The notes beneath the pieces were generated by a model. It was given only the letters and a program-made list of their open reading frames with translations. It was not told the origin of the DNA and made no database searches. Source: a virus. Taken from it: a stretch of DNA of 64,000 bases. Shown piece after piece: positions 27,201 through 36,960 of the stretch. Position 1 is the stretch's first letter; each line of letters opens with the position of its first letter. The stretch is taken from positions 7,554-71,553 of IMG/VR virus record IMGVR_UViG_3300025120_000034. One strand, written 5' to 3'. The position numbers and the translations under genes were made by a program.

Positions 27201-30200
27201 GATGTCTCTTTAACAGGTTTAATCTATCTCTTAATACATCTAGGTCTAAGTCTTCAACGCTATGAATCCCCAATATCTCAGCAATGTGATTGTCCTCTAG
27301 TAGCTTCTCAATGTTGGCGGCTATCCTAGGTATTAATACATCGTTGATTATTGCGTCTTTCTTTAGCTCTTCTTTTGTAGAAGCTTGCTCTGCTAGAATC
27401 CCTGTTACGATATCAATGTGAGCTGGGTTGCTTTCGTTTAGAGCTATCGTCTCCCCGGTATCAGGGTTTACAGCTGTAGGGTTTTCGTCAATGAATTTAA
27501 GTATCGCTCTTCTGCTTGAAGACAATCTACTTCTTTCATAGTTCTTTAGTAGCTTTTCGTACTCCTGCTGAACGCTTGTACCGTTTTTAATTGCTCTTGA
27601 TTGCGCCCTAGCCATGAACAATGACTGCCGACCAAGCTCCTCCATTGCGCTGTAATTGCTTAGTCTATTATACAGAGCCTCAGCAGTGGTCTTAGTGTAA
27701 TCCACACCAACATAAGCCTCCAGTTCTTTATCGAATACAGCTTCAGACTTCGACATAGACGCGATAGTCTCCATGATAGTAGCAACGAATCCCTCAAGTT
27801 CTTTTTGAGGCAGGAGTGCTGGGTTAATAGCAGCTAATCCTCTGGCTATCTTGGCGTATGTAGTTACATTCTTGGGTGAAGAACCTCTACCTTTTACCTT
27901 AGCCATTTTCTTTAGCCTCTTCTGTAGAGACTGAGCATACTTAATACCCTTAAGGTATTTATCCATTTCAGCCTTGGCATCTCGGCTATCGAATATCACA
28001 GATATCTTGTCAATGAATGACTGCATAGAGTCAAGACCTTCGCTCTGTGCTTTCTTTGCGCTAGTCCTATGAGCTTGCCGGATGAACTTAACAATGCTAT
28101 TTACCTGACCCCTAGTAAACGGTGTCTTAGAGTTCTCTTTCATCCTAGCGTCAATGAGCTCGATGGCCTTTGCTAAGAATTCATTGAATGTACTTGACTT
28201 GTCTCTTAACTCCTCTAGTGACTTCTTTAGATTACGCGCCTTGGTTGACAGCTTCTTTGCGTCAGCTGCATTCTTTGAAGCAACACGCATACCTTCTTTC
28301 TTGCCTTGAGTCCTTCCTTGCTTGTAGGCTACCGCCTGCTTAAACATCATCTCGGAACCCTCCTTAGAGAAGCCCATGTCAACTAAAGTTTTAATTACCT
28401 CCGCCTTGGTGTGCGCGAAAGCATCTAGCTGTGAGGTTTCATCAAGCCCTGTGACAGGATTCTTTCTTCTCTTATCACGATTTACAATTGGTGATGGGTA
28501 CTTCTGGTCTATCAATTGAGACACTTGTTTTAAGAAGCTGCCTTGAGCTTTTGACTCTTGAGCTACGATAGCTTGAGCCTTGGTCTTAACCTTACCCGTT
28601 CCGAAGGCTTGATTTCTCATGCCTAGAAGAGCGTACCATGCTGACTCTGCTGCTTTCAGCGGGTCTTTAGGTGTGCCGTCTTTCCTGAACCTCCCTTCAT
28701 ATTTGGAAGAGAACTTGTCTATAAAAGGTTGCTTTTCAAAACCTCTTTCAGTAGTAAGAATATCCTCTGCTGACTCTTTGTCTTTAAATAAGTGAAGAGT
28801 TGAATTTTTCTTGTTGCCTTTTTCGTCTACCTGAAACAGTGCTGCGGGGAATATAGGTGATGACTCTGGCTCCATAGCAAAAGACAGGTCGGAGTCAATC
28901 TCTACGGCGGCGTAAATCATTCCTTGAGGAACGCCCTGCAAGAAATTCTCAGTAAGCATCTTAGAAACCACACCCTTAGGAACGCTTCCGCCTTGAGCCT
29001 TACCTATTTCCTCACTGTTAAGGAGTTTCTGGACAGCTAGTCTAGCTTCTTCATTTTCTTTTAGAGCGTCTCGCATATTAACAAACAACCTATCCGTGTA
29101 ATACTTTCTCTTACCGAAGGTTGATTCATTTACATCCCCCATGTAAGCAAGTATTCTTTCTGCTACATCTGAGAATGAACCGTCAATTCGGATTGGCTTT
29201 TTCTTTGGAAACGTTTGCTTAAACGATTTAATCAGAAGCTTATTAAACACGGACTCAGGCATAACACCCTGCTCAACAAGCTTTCTAAGTATGATTTCAG
29301 AAGCCTTAAGAGCCCCTGTATTACTGAACAGCTTCTCTTGTGTTCCGCTAATCAAAGTAAAGAAGACTTTACCATCAGGAGACTTCTTGCGCATGGCATT
29401 AATCTTATCGACCATTTCCTTGGCCTCCTTTGGTTTGGCAACAGCCCACACATTACCAGTTCTTACAGGATAGAATACACCACCACCGCCCGTGAATATT
29501 AATTCATCCTCAAAGTATACATCACCAACCATTAGGTTGTCTGGAGACGATGTAACTATAGTCCTTCCTGCCAGTAATTCATACACATCAGCATCATGCT
29601 TAACCACCTTGCTCATCAACTTCTTAAACTCCTTGTCGTCTTTACTGTATCTGTTGGAGAAGCTACCAAACTTCTGAGCTTTGTTAGAAAAAGTTTGAGA
29701 TGTAGATAATCCGGTTTGACCGGGAAGCACCTTCTGAAACTTTACAGCTGAACCGTCTTTATTAATTACGTTAAACCTTTCATCAGACACAGCCACCTTT
29801 TCGGCGTTCTTAGCCAAAACTAAAGCTCCTATTTGAATTACTTCAGAAGCAGATACAATAGGCTTTCCATCTCTCTTGTCATAGAACCAGCTGTGACGGA
29901 AGGGATTCATACCAACTTGAATCCAACCCTCAAGCTTTCCTTCTCCGAGTTCTGATTTGTTGTACTCCTCACTAGCCATGATGTCTTCAGCCCTGTCTCT
30001 CAATCCCTGCGGGTCATGATTATTCCAGTCACCAAACATCCTAGCTATTGTTGTTTTCCCCTTTTCAAGAGCTATGTTTAACGCTCCCTTGGCTATGGAT
30101 TGAAACTCTACATTGGTGGCTAGTGCTGTTTGAGCATACCCAATTGACTTGCCGCCTAAGTTTGGAGTCCTCTCTTCACCTCTAGCACCTTGGTGTACTG

Positions 30201-33200
30201 ACACAACCCATACATCATAGTTATCATATGCGGGAATATCCAGTCTAAGACCAACGTAATAGTTCTCAGGTATTTCTTTGTTAACACCTATGATACCAGA
30301 CTCAACCTTATTACTTGTAAGTGCAGCCACAATGTCCATAGTAGTAGGTACTGCCGGAACAGAAACAAATGGCGTTATTGGTGACTCCTCCCTTACAACT
30401 TGTATGTATTGGCTTTGATTAATTTCTTGAGCGACATAATTCTTTAAAGCATCTACAACCTTAGGACTACGCTTTTGTCTTTGACTTTCATCTAGCTTTA
30501 AATCTTCTCTTCGCTTCTCTAGCTGTTCTTCGGTAACGCCTTCAGCAGATAAAAAAGACTCTCTACCCGGCTTATCTTCTAGTGATTTTATGACTAGGGC
30601 CTGAGCCTTTCCGTTAGCCTTTCCTTCGGCATAGTTATAAGCTTCCATGTAGTCGCTCATTCTAATACCATCACCAATATTACCATCACCCTTGACAAAG
30701 AACACAACGTCAGGCTGGTCTTTAAGGGGAGAAGATTCACTATCCCATCCGTCTGGTGCAAACTCAGGATTGAAGTCAAGCCTAGCAACTGGCCTCCACC
30801 CGTTGTTTACGTACTGACGTTCAAGGTCTGTTGCAAATGCATCATAAAACTTACCACCCTCTCTACCTCTAATGATTTGTAGTGGGTAGCTGACAGCTTT
30901 TAATTGAGAGTCTGGGTTTTTAAACAACCCCCCCATGTATCCGTCCTTGTTAACGTAAGCTCCAGCTAGTCCATCTTTAGTCATGAACAGTTTACCACCA
31001 CCATCTAGAATTTCCTGAGCCTCTTCTTCCGAAAGGGGTGTCACTTGTAGTGCCATGAGTTTACCCATGTCTCGCATCCTGCGAATAGCATCACTCATAG
31101 CTGTAGAGAACTGGGCAGCGTCGTTCACCTCCTCAACATCTCTCATTCTAGCGTTAATGCCTTGGGCCTTGGAGCTCATGTCGTCGAGCTCAACCATCAT
31201 AGCGTTATAACCAGCTCTTATTGCTGCTTCCCGAACGTCTTGAGTTCCTGTTACAGCCTCACCAGAGGCTAGCTGACCAGTCATTTTTTGAATAGCTGTG
31301 ACTAGGTCTTGTTGTTTTGGGTCAACGTCTGTGAAGTCAACGCTTACATTAGGTATCTTATTTAAGGACGTATTGATAAAGCTCTTGAGAGAGTTTACCA
31401 GTCCTCTTTTTACCGTGGCCTCTAAGCCTCCTGTAGTAATATCAGCAAGCAATTCAACCAAGAACTCCTCTGCTACAGCGGGGTTGTTTAAAATGGCTTT
31501 ACGAATGTTTCCCGCCGCACCATACTTCTTTAGGAACTCAACATATTTTGGGCGTAGCTCACCAGAAAGATTTGCGAAAAGCTTTTCCGCTAGCCCTGTA
31601 ACAGCTTCAACGCCTATTGACTCAAGGACCAAGTCGTGAAACGCCTCGTGAAATCCTGTATTTTCTAGCACCGCAGGAGCATAGATATGAATCTTTCCTT
31701 TACCAGTCCACATACCCCTAGCTACTTCTCCAGCCGCATCCTGAAAGGAGCTCTCGGTCTTGTGAATAACAACCCCATCAAGCTTGCCCGTTTTTGATAG
31801 AGCTTTTACAACCGTCATGACGTTAGCCATTGCTCGCCTCATCTGAGCACCACTCTTAAATGTCTTGTCTTCTATCTGACGGACACCATCTAAGGTTGTG
31901 CCATTGATAGCGTCAAGCACGGCATCTACATTTTCTCCAGTCACGGTAACTGAATCACCCTCTCCTTGGAATATCTCACCGTATCCATTGTACCTCTCGT
32001 CTATCTTAGACACACCCCTAAGTATTCTTCCAACTTCACTGCTTGAGTTTAGGTCATATTCTAAACCAAGCTCAGCCTCTTTCTTAGTTCGTTCGTCAAT
32101 CAAAGCTGTGAGCTGTCCTTTTAAAGTGCCCCTCTCGCTTTCGCTTTCACTTCTGCTATGGTCAATGCCTAGCTTTGCAATCTTCTTTTGTATCTCCTCA
32201 AGACTGTTGAATGCCTCTGGGTTTGACTCTTGAAGTTGTTCGTAGAACTTAGAGCGTCCAAGCTTTTTGTCCCACGCTTTCATCACAGCTGCATTTAACT
32301 TCTCGCCAATCTCTTTTCTGAGGGCTTGACTCTCCGCCACATCATACTCACGAGCTAGCTTTTTAATCTCAATGCTATCCCTTAGTCCGGGTATAGATGT
32401 AGCACTCATTGCTGCTGCACGGATACCAGCAGGAAGGTTGGCAGCTCCAGCTACCCCAGCACCTAGAAAAGCACCAGCATAAATCCCCTCTTTAGTTGCT
32501 TCCCAAAGTCCAGCTTGACTGAACTCTACGTTAGGGTTAGTAATTGAGTTGATGTAGTACTGTCCAGCTGCTGTGACTCCCTCTGTAATAGCCTCTTCAG
32601 TAGCACCTGCAAAAACAGATTTAATCAATCCTTTCGCAAAAGACTCAACAGACCTTTTACCAGCAGTTCTTAGTACGTTTGTTGCAATGGCTGCGCCGAC
32701 AAATGCTGGTGCTCCTTCAAGGAATCCCATCGCGCTTGTGTATCCAGCTTTCTCAAAACCATCCATCTCTTGAAACCAACTCTCGTCTCTTACCGAGTTG
32801 TATGTAGATGCCATACCCATTGCGGTAGTAGCTGTTAAGGCTCCCCTGTTCTGAGCTTTCCCAGCCTGCTTAGCAATCCTAGCAGACGTAGTTGTCTTTT
32901 GTGATTTTCCTAATAGGTTTGTAGAGCGTACAGCATTTAAATCTTTGTTCGCCTCTAGAATTTTTCGACCAGCAGCAACTTTGTCCGCGCCCTTAAGCTT
33001 ACTGAACTTCCTACCAATCCCCATGCCTCTAGTTGCACGACCACGAGTGACAACACCTGCCGCTAAAGCCGCACCCATCATTGGTACTGACTCACCGAAC
33101 ATCCGTAAGTTTTCATTCACCCAAGAACCTATGTTCGCTGTGGTGGTCTCGTCCTCATCTACACCACTACCGATACCCGTAAACTCTGTGAATGTCTTGC

Positions 33201-34248
33201 CAAATAACTGTTCGGTTCTTGTGGCATAACTCTGAAGAGAGAAGGGTAATCTTTTCTCAGCCTCTTCCGCTAGGTTTCTGCTATCCTGACCAGATTGATG
33301 TGCCCATCTGCTAAACATATTGTCCTCGCCGAAAACAGAAGAGACGGCATCGCCCGCCAGCAGCTTACCACCGGCCATAGCTTCGTGCCACGCCCTTGCT
33401 ATCGAAGTCCCCGTGCCTGAAAAAGCACCGCCCTTCAGAACGTCATAACCACCAATATACGTATCCTCATTAAGGTCTACAGCTATATTGTATTCATCAA
33501 ATAAGTACCTTTCGTAGTCGCTTATTTTCTGAGGGTCGTCTTGAATTTCTTGTGGGAGTAGCTCTCTCACAGCTTGTGCATTTTCCCTAGCGGCAGCACT
33601 ACCGATATCCTTTATAGCGTCTGCCATTGGGACCGACAGTGCCTCTCTCTCTAGCGCACCCTCACCCTCAAACTCTGCGCGGCCAGTCATGTGTCTAAAA
33701 ACCCTCTCATCAGAGGAACCTACTACATATCTACTGACCTCATAGTCAGAGTCCTCCTCAATCATGTAGTAGTCAACAATATCTGACTTAGCCTCTAGCC
33801 TTTCAGCCTCAGAATCAGCTGTGTCAAACGCCGTTATTAACTCCCGTTGGGCATCATTAGCTGAACCTTCATAATCTAGTATCTGCTTGTACTTATCTAC
33901 GTCAAATCGGTCATATAAAACCGAGGTGTATGAGTTCGAAAATTCAGACGCTAATAAATCAAGAGCATCAGCCTCATATTGAGGCACTCTCTTGTTACCA
34001 ATCAGTGGTCTTTGAAGTACATCCGAAAGTGTAAGCTCTTCGCCTCCCTCCAAAGTTGAACCCTGCCTTGAACCCAACGAATCCTCCTCCGAAGTGGACG
34101 GAAAAGTCGCAATAAGAGGTGGGGTAATCTGTTCGGATAATTCTTTTTTTTTTTGAGCTTTATACTCATCAAGCATTCGAATCAACTCTTCTCTTGAAGC
34201 TCCGTTTGCACGGGCCTCAATCAACATGGCTTTTATTGTTTCATCCAT
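24280..34248 (-). CDS. Giant 3322-aa multidomain internal virion/ejection (polyvalent) protein
   Basis: Last of three internal-protein genes after the nozzle; Ala/Gly-rich membrane-like segment, HEAFH zincin motif, GNAT-like segment. Confidence 0.75.
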   Translation of the reverse strand: MDETIKAMLIEARANGASREELIRMLDEYKAQKKKELSEQITPPLIATFPSTSEEDSLGSRQGSTLEGGEELTLSDVLQRPLIGNKRVPQYEADALDLLASEFSNSYTSVLYDRFDVDKYKQILDYEGSANDAQRELITAFDTADSEAERLEAKSDIVDYYMIEEDSDYEVSRYVVGSSDERVFRHMTGRAEFEGEGALEREALSVPMADAIKDIGSAAARENAQAVRELLPQEIQDDPQKISDYERYLFDEYNIAVDLNEDTYIGGYDVLKGGAFSGTGTSIARAWHEAMAGGKLLAGDAVSSVFGEDNMFSRWAHQSGQDSRNLAEEAEKRLPFSLQSYATRTEQLFGKTFTEFTGIGSGVDEDETTTANIGSWVNENLRMFGESVPMMGAALAAGVVTRGRATRGMGIGRKFSKLKGADKVAAGRKILEANKDLNAVRSTNLLGKSQKTTTSARIAKQAGKAQNRGALTATTAMGMASTYNSVRDESWFQEMDGFEKAGYTSAMGFLEGAPAFVGAAIATNVLRTAGKRSVESFAKGLIKSVFAGATEEAITEGVTAAGQYYINSITNPNVEFSQAGLWEATKEGIYAGAFLGAGVAGAANLPAGIRAAAMSATSIPGLRDSIEIKKLAREYDVAESQALRKEIGEKLNAAVMKAWDKKLGRSKFYEQLQESNPEAFNSLEEIQKKIAKLGIDHSRSESESERGTLKGQLTALIDERTKKEAELGLEYDLNSSSEVGRILRGVSKIDERYNGYGEIFQGEGDSVTVTGENVDAVLDAINGTTLDGVRQIEDKTFKSGAQMRRAMANVMTVVKALSKTGKLDGVVIHKTESSFQDAAGEVARGMWTGKGKIHIYAPAVLENTGFHEAFHDLVLESIGVEAVTGLAEKLFANLSGELRPKYVEFLKKYGAAGNIRKAILNNPAVAEEFLVELLADITTGGLEATVKRGLVNSLKSFINTSLNKIPNVSVDFTDVDPKQQDLVTAIQKMTGQLASGEAVTGTQDVREAAIRAGYNAMMVELDDMSSKAQGINARMRDVEEVNDAAQFSTAMSDAIRRMRDMGKLMALQVTPLSEEEAQEILDGGGKLFMTKDGLAGAYVNKDGYMGGLFKNPDSQLKAVSYPLQIIRGREGGKFYDAFATDLERQYVNNGWRPVARLDFNPEFAPDGWDSESSPLKDQPDVVFFVKGDGNIGDGIRMSDYMEAYNYAEGKANGKAQALVIKSLEDKPGRESFLSAEGVTEEQLEKRREDLKLDESQRQKRSPKVVDALKNYVAQEINQSQYIQVVREESPITPFVSVPAVPTTMDIVAALTSNKVESGIIGVNKEIPENYYVGLRLDIPAYDNYDVWVVSVHQGARGEERTPNLGGKSIGYAQTALATNVEFQSIAKGALNIALEKGKTTIARMFGDWNNHDPQGLRDRAEDIMASEEYNKSELGEGKLEGWIQVGMNPFRHSWFYDKRDGKPIVSASEVIQIGALVLAKNAEKVAVSDERFNVINKDGSAVKFQKVLPGQTGLSTSQTFSNKAQKFGSFSNRYSKDDKEFKKLMSKVVKHDADVYELLAGRTIVTSSPDNLMVGDVYFEDELIFTGGGGVFYPVRTGNVWAVAKPKEAKEMVDKINAMRKKSPDGKVFFTLISGTQEKLFSNTGALKASEIILRKLVEQGVMPESVFNKLLIKSFKQTFPKKKPIRIDGSFSDVAERILAYMGDVNESTFGKRKYYTDRLFVNMRDALKENEEARLAVQKLLNSEEIGKAQGGSVPKGVVSKMLTENFLQGVPQGMIYAAVEIDSDLSFAMEPESSPIFPAALFQVDEKGNKKNSTLHLFKDKESAEDILTTERGFEKQPFIDKFSSKYEGRFRKDGTPKDPLKAAESAWYALLGMRNQAFGTGKVKTKAQAIVAQESKAQGSFLKQVSQLIDQKYPSPIVNRDKRRKNPVTGLDETSQLDAFAHTKAEVIKTLVDMGFSKEGSEMMFKQAVAYKQGRTQGKKEGMRVASKNAADAKKLSTKARNLKKSLEELRDKSSTFNEFLAKAIELIDARMKENSKTPFTRGQVNSIVKFIRQAHRTSAKKAQSEGLDSMQSFIDKISVIFDSRDAKAEMDKYLKGIKYAQSLQKRLKKMAKVKGRGSSPKNVTTYAKIARGLAAINPALLPQKELEGFVATIMETIASMSKSEAVFDKELEAYVGVDYTKTTAEALYNRLSNYSAMEELGRQSLFMARAQSRAIKNGTSVQQEYEKLLKNYERSRLSSSRRAILKFIDENPTAVNPDTGETIALNESNPAHIDIVTGILAEQASTKEELKKDAIINDVLIPRIAANIEKLLEDNHIAEILGIHSVEDLDLDVLRDRLNLLKRHHVINLDYRLDDYIVNDSVYGIGYMHSLVRGNIDLPSSLSKLTRSKGLKSRPNVFLAPFGTINSFLQNLIPTDRITSAKLRVSFGIAQLVGSFAKADFIHSQLTEMISEEIDRISEEGGSVGTRYDRAIAQLYSMARQMPSFEGERGGAEAAWYIELRDSMRRTIDDYIEQKTYPIEEINEFEDAYSYMFNENETLSDMIARVEGDRSDITGFVQFVADIHSTLMPQFRNYVERYLGKELEVEENYTAFKVIPETGVKDVDDILSLRLSLQQSLASTSLSHSKKVAGSSFERNPRSLKGKSKIGLDFVAINERTIRENVILSNTIGDVVVANHVINSDAAASLIPNRKSRLDLEKKIMLYVQQDSATVPLAFQPTQTIRGVKFVNPISVLRNAVVVSLFGGFVFQTLKQSQVLWSVAFQANNPMKSIPYLIQVMSEFMMFNIETLTKKDSKLAMDGGRYKLLQNSPVFQRDYEAGNIDPFTGKLNLDEGGFAKLQRKLTNISLKNLKGTDKIAAVASWFMFYGDALISEGVVDSFEEIDWDAEAANPNSTALSYSDMMVAKDQSASTTREAAEIYAQEKGLNNLGMHIAKNLLIPFARFSINKKRSVSSDWWRMVGADGMSGLIPKSRQDLKVKSEGAVAMLGHSVETAMFHATNKIVLAGLTAYVGALLFGEDDEEAPKKSNTLRDIATQTAIDMSPLPPLSLVDNKAKSFLNRSVWYQLDKAREGDYNLGDDDGYERWVRLNKGVPVFEDGGSWAGPYGDYIDDIVTTVHNLQLPNNKVVTATGAEYYVRPEDKNSMMLHFALKTTLAATQMVGLSSSEVRKLISSLDDLPRDRRLSNEEQLAAYETIAERYGRDVISGEGDERLIKLINQVDNPFDKIRVANSFKSSVKPVIAEQHMRTSYPEQYKVYMREARKLPKQLKNARDYYAYLRGKKDNMKPKDFEAFKLFLDTYLSLVKPSFYVQERYIESIEE

Positions 34249-34267
34249 AGTTCAAAAATACGGATTA

Positions 34268-36013
34268 TTAATTGCTTTCGTCCTGAGGGTTCGGGAACAA
34301 TTCATCAAGTTCCTTCTCAGACTTCGTCTTCTTAGCCTCCTCCTTCTTCCGAAGTTCAATATAGCGGACCGCTGATTCTTTTGCGTCATCAAGGAACTGA
34401 GCCCCACTTCTCTTGTTCTTTGAAGCTGCCTGAAATTGCTGGATGCTCGTCCTAATTTCCTCAAATGCGGGTTGACCTTTTTGAACGTATATTGATTTAA
34501 GAGGTGTACCATCTATAGATAGAATAGCATTTTCAAGAACTCCCGGACCAGTGACAATATCAAATCCCTCTAGCTCTCCGGTGGTTGGGTTAAACGCTAG
34601 GTTTTCTACCTCTATCTTTATATCTCCATCCAACTCTCCAGTTACGTCTTTTACTTCCTTGCCCTGTTCGTCTAACGTAGACTTTACTACATCACCACTA
34701 ATCGTAAACGCATATTTTCTAGTACCAACAGAAGCTTTTACTTTGGGCATGTCACCACTTATATTCTTATTTTCGTCACCATCGGTTATTGCGTAAGTGC
34801 CCTTCCCTTTGAATGCTTGAATAGGGGTGAAAGGTGAAGTAATGTTTTTTAAAGCTTCCTCATCGGCAAGACGCTCCTCATCTAGTAATCTCTTAGCCTC
34901 TCTGTCTGCAAGAATTCTGTCCTGCTCATCTTGAACTACGATTTGTTGGAACGCTCTGTTAGCTGTCTGCTCGGCGTACTCCTTGAAAGCTAGTCTTTTG
35001 TCGATTGCTTCACCGAACCCTACCTTTTTTAACTCGTCGTCTGTTACATCAAATACATACTCTCCATCAGTATTGATTCCACCAGCAGTCAGGGTTGAAC
35101 CTGCTTTATCTCCGACAGGATATTGAGTGTCTAATAGCTCAGACTGGGTGTAGTATTTTTGTGCGTCTGCAAAGTCCGACTCAGTCAATTGAGTTTTACC
35201 GGGAGTACGTAATGTCTTCTGACCCACAGCTTGTATAGCTTCCATTAGCTCAGGCCCCCTTAAGCTTACCCTAGCCTTAAACTCTTTGTTAAATAAATCT
35301 ATCGCTGCATTCATATCAACCCTACCTGTAGCAAACCCTGTTTCAGGGTCTCTACCTTGAAGGCTTTCTAACTTTGGCTGCAAAAGATTAGAGTATATAT
35401 CATCTCCAACTTTCTCTGGCATATACTCAGTACCAGTCCAAAGCATCTTAGGAACATATACATCGTTAAGGTCACCGATATTACTTGATTGCCAAGGGAC
35501 AAACTGATTGCCAACACCTACCATCAAGCTAGATGTTTCTTCATTCCAAATATAAGAAGCTTGATTGCTGTCCCTATACAAAGCTAAATTATCCTCAACA
35601 CTTCCAGACATTCCGGGTATTTGCTGGTTCACTATGTTAACCATAGTCTGGCTATCCATTGCGCTTTTAGCAGATGCGACATTTTTAAACTCAGTAAACT
35701 CTCTCTTCAACTTAACGTAGTCATCCACGTCAGAAGACTTACCTGTCCTTTGAGCTGTGATAGCTGCTTCTTGATACTTCTCTAAAAGAATCTGAGCACC
35801 TGCTTGGTATTTCTCAGTTAGTCCTGCTGGAGATGATTCAGAAAGGGCTTTAGAAAAACCCATGTTTGCGTTTAACTGGGCCTTCCTTCTGCTATCTGCG
35901 TCAGCTAGGTCTTGCAGGTTATCAGCTATACGTTCACCAAAGGCGCGACCCATTTCTGAATAGCTAACCTGAGCAGGCAAAAACCCTGTCTTAAATCTAG
36001 TTCCTTCGGCCAT
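34268..36013 (-). CDS. Putative internal virion protein (581 aa)
   Basis: Position between the pilot-like protein and the giant protein. Confidence 0.6.
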   Translation of the reverse strand: MAEGTRFKTGFLPAQVSYSEMGRAFGERIADNLQDLADADSRRKAQLNANMGFSKALSESSPAGLTEKYQAGAQILLEKYQEAAITAQRTGKSSDVDDYVKLKREFTEFKNVASAKSAMDSQTMVNIVNQQIPGMSGSVEDNLALYRDSNQASYIWNEETSSLMVGVGNQFVPWQSSNIGDLNDVYVPKMLWTGTEYMPEKVGDDIYSNLLQPKLESLQGRDPETGFATGRVDMNAAIDLFNKEFKARVSLRGPELMEAIQAVGQKTLRTPGKTQLTESDFADAQKYYTQSELLDTQYPVGDKAGSTLTAGGINTDGEYVFDVTDDELKKVGFGEAIDKRLAFKEYAEQTANRAFQQIVVQDEQDRILADREAKRLLDEERLADEEALKNITSPFTPIQAFKGKGTYAITDGDENKNISGDMPKVKASVGTRKYAFTISGDVVKSTLDEQGKEVKDVTGELDGDIKIEVENLAFNPTTGELEGFDIVTGPGVLENAILSIDGTPLKSIYVQKGQPAFEEIRTSIQQFQAASKNKRSGAQFLDDAKESAVRYIELRKKEEAKKTKSEKELDELFPNPQDESN

Positions 36014-36951
36014 TACTTATCTGCTTTTTCAAATCTTTTAACTAAGCTACCAACGAATTTGTGTAGCTCACCTTTACCACTGCCTACCAGTTGTTTTAAT
36101 TTCTGTGCATCCTTGGGGGCAATAACATATTCGCCACCAGTAAGCGCAATCCCCATAGACTTACCGTCCTCATCAACCACGTACATTTCATTAGTGTCGT
36201 GATTAAATTCACCCGGAGTCTTTTGAACCTTTATGCCTTTTTTAGCAAAGCCTCCCCCACCAACGGGTTGTACTGGAGGAAGGAAATCACCTTCTTCGCC
36301 CGCGCCAGTCTCCAAATTTTTGAATTTGTTCTTGTTGCCGCCACCATACTTATTAGCAGCAGCAATTCCTAGTCCAACTGTAGCCAAGCCACCAACAGCA
36401 CTAGCAATTCCGCCTGACATCTGTTGTCTTGCTTGGGCTAGCTGAGCTTCAGACAAAGCCTTTGCATCATACCCATACTCTAAGTCTCTATTTGAACGTG
36501 CTTCACGAAGACCAGTTTCTCTTTCTCTTGCGGTAGCAAGGTTAGTTAAGGCTTGAGTTTGAAGCTGTTGTTGATTCATCGCTTCCTGCCTTAGCTGACC
36601 CTGAGCTTGCTGCTGAGCTTGCATAACGGCACCAAGGCCTCTTGAGCCATACTGTTGTGCGGCTTGCGTAGTGGTGGCAAGAGAACGATTGATGTCTTCA
36701 TTCCTCATCGATAGCAACCTCTGGTCATAAGCATTCTTAACAGCGTCGTAATACTCTGCGGGTGTAGATAAAGAGGGTTGGGAGGCTTTCAGGGACTCAA
36801 GATTCTGATTGGCTTTATCAAGAGCATCTTGACCTCTCTTCTTTCCTGCCGCCCCAGCAAATATATCTATCACCCCACCGACAGTTCCGCCGATAACCTG
36901 TGCTCCAACCCCAGCTAGTGACGCTGCTCCTTGTAAATCTAATTCAGCCAT
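36013..36951 (-). CDS. Putative ejection/pilot protein (312 aa)
   Basis: Gly/Ala hydrophobic ends flanking a Gln-rich coiled coil; TAAATTTG element at 36956-36963. Confidence 0.6.
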   Translation of the reverse strand: MAELDLQGAASLAGVGAQVIGGTVGGVIDIFAGAAGKKRGQDALDKANQNLESLKASQPSLSTPAEYYDAVKNAYDQRLLSMRNEDINRSLATTTQAAQQYGSRGLGAVMQAQQQAQGQLRQEAMNQQQLQTQALTNLATARERETGLREARSNRDLEYGYDAKALSEAQLAQARQQMSGGIASAVGGLATVGLGIAAANKYGGGNKNKFKNLETGAGEEGDFLPPVQPVGGGGFAKKGIKVQKTPGEFNHDTNEMYVVDEDGKSMGIALTGGEYVIAPKDAQKLKQLVGSGKGELHKFVGSLVKRFEKADK

Positions 36952-36960
36952 ATTGCAAAT

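Noticed and set aside
29215-33229. Plus-strand ORFs inside the giant gene and similar antisense ORFs across the late arm
   Set aside because: Fully nested antisense frames with Ser/Leu/Phe-biased composition typical of shadows.
24280-34248. crAss-like virion RNA polymerase
   Set aside because: I could not find a DxDxD catalytic motif in a suitable context; a structure search would be needed to exclude it fully.
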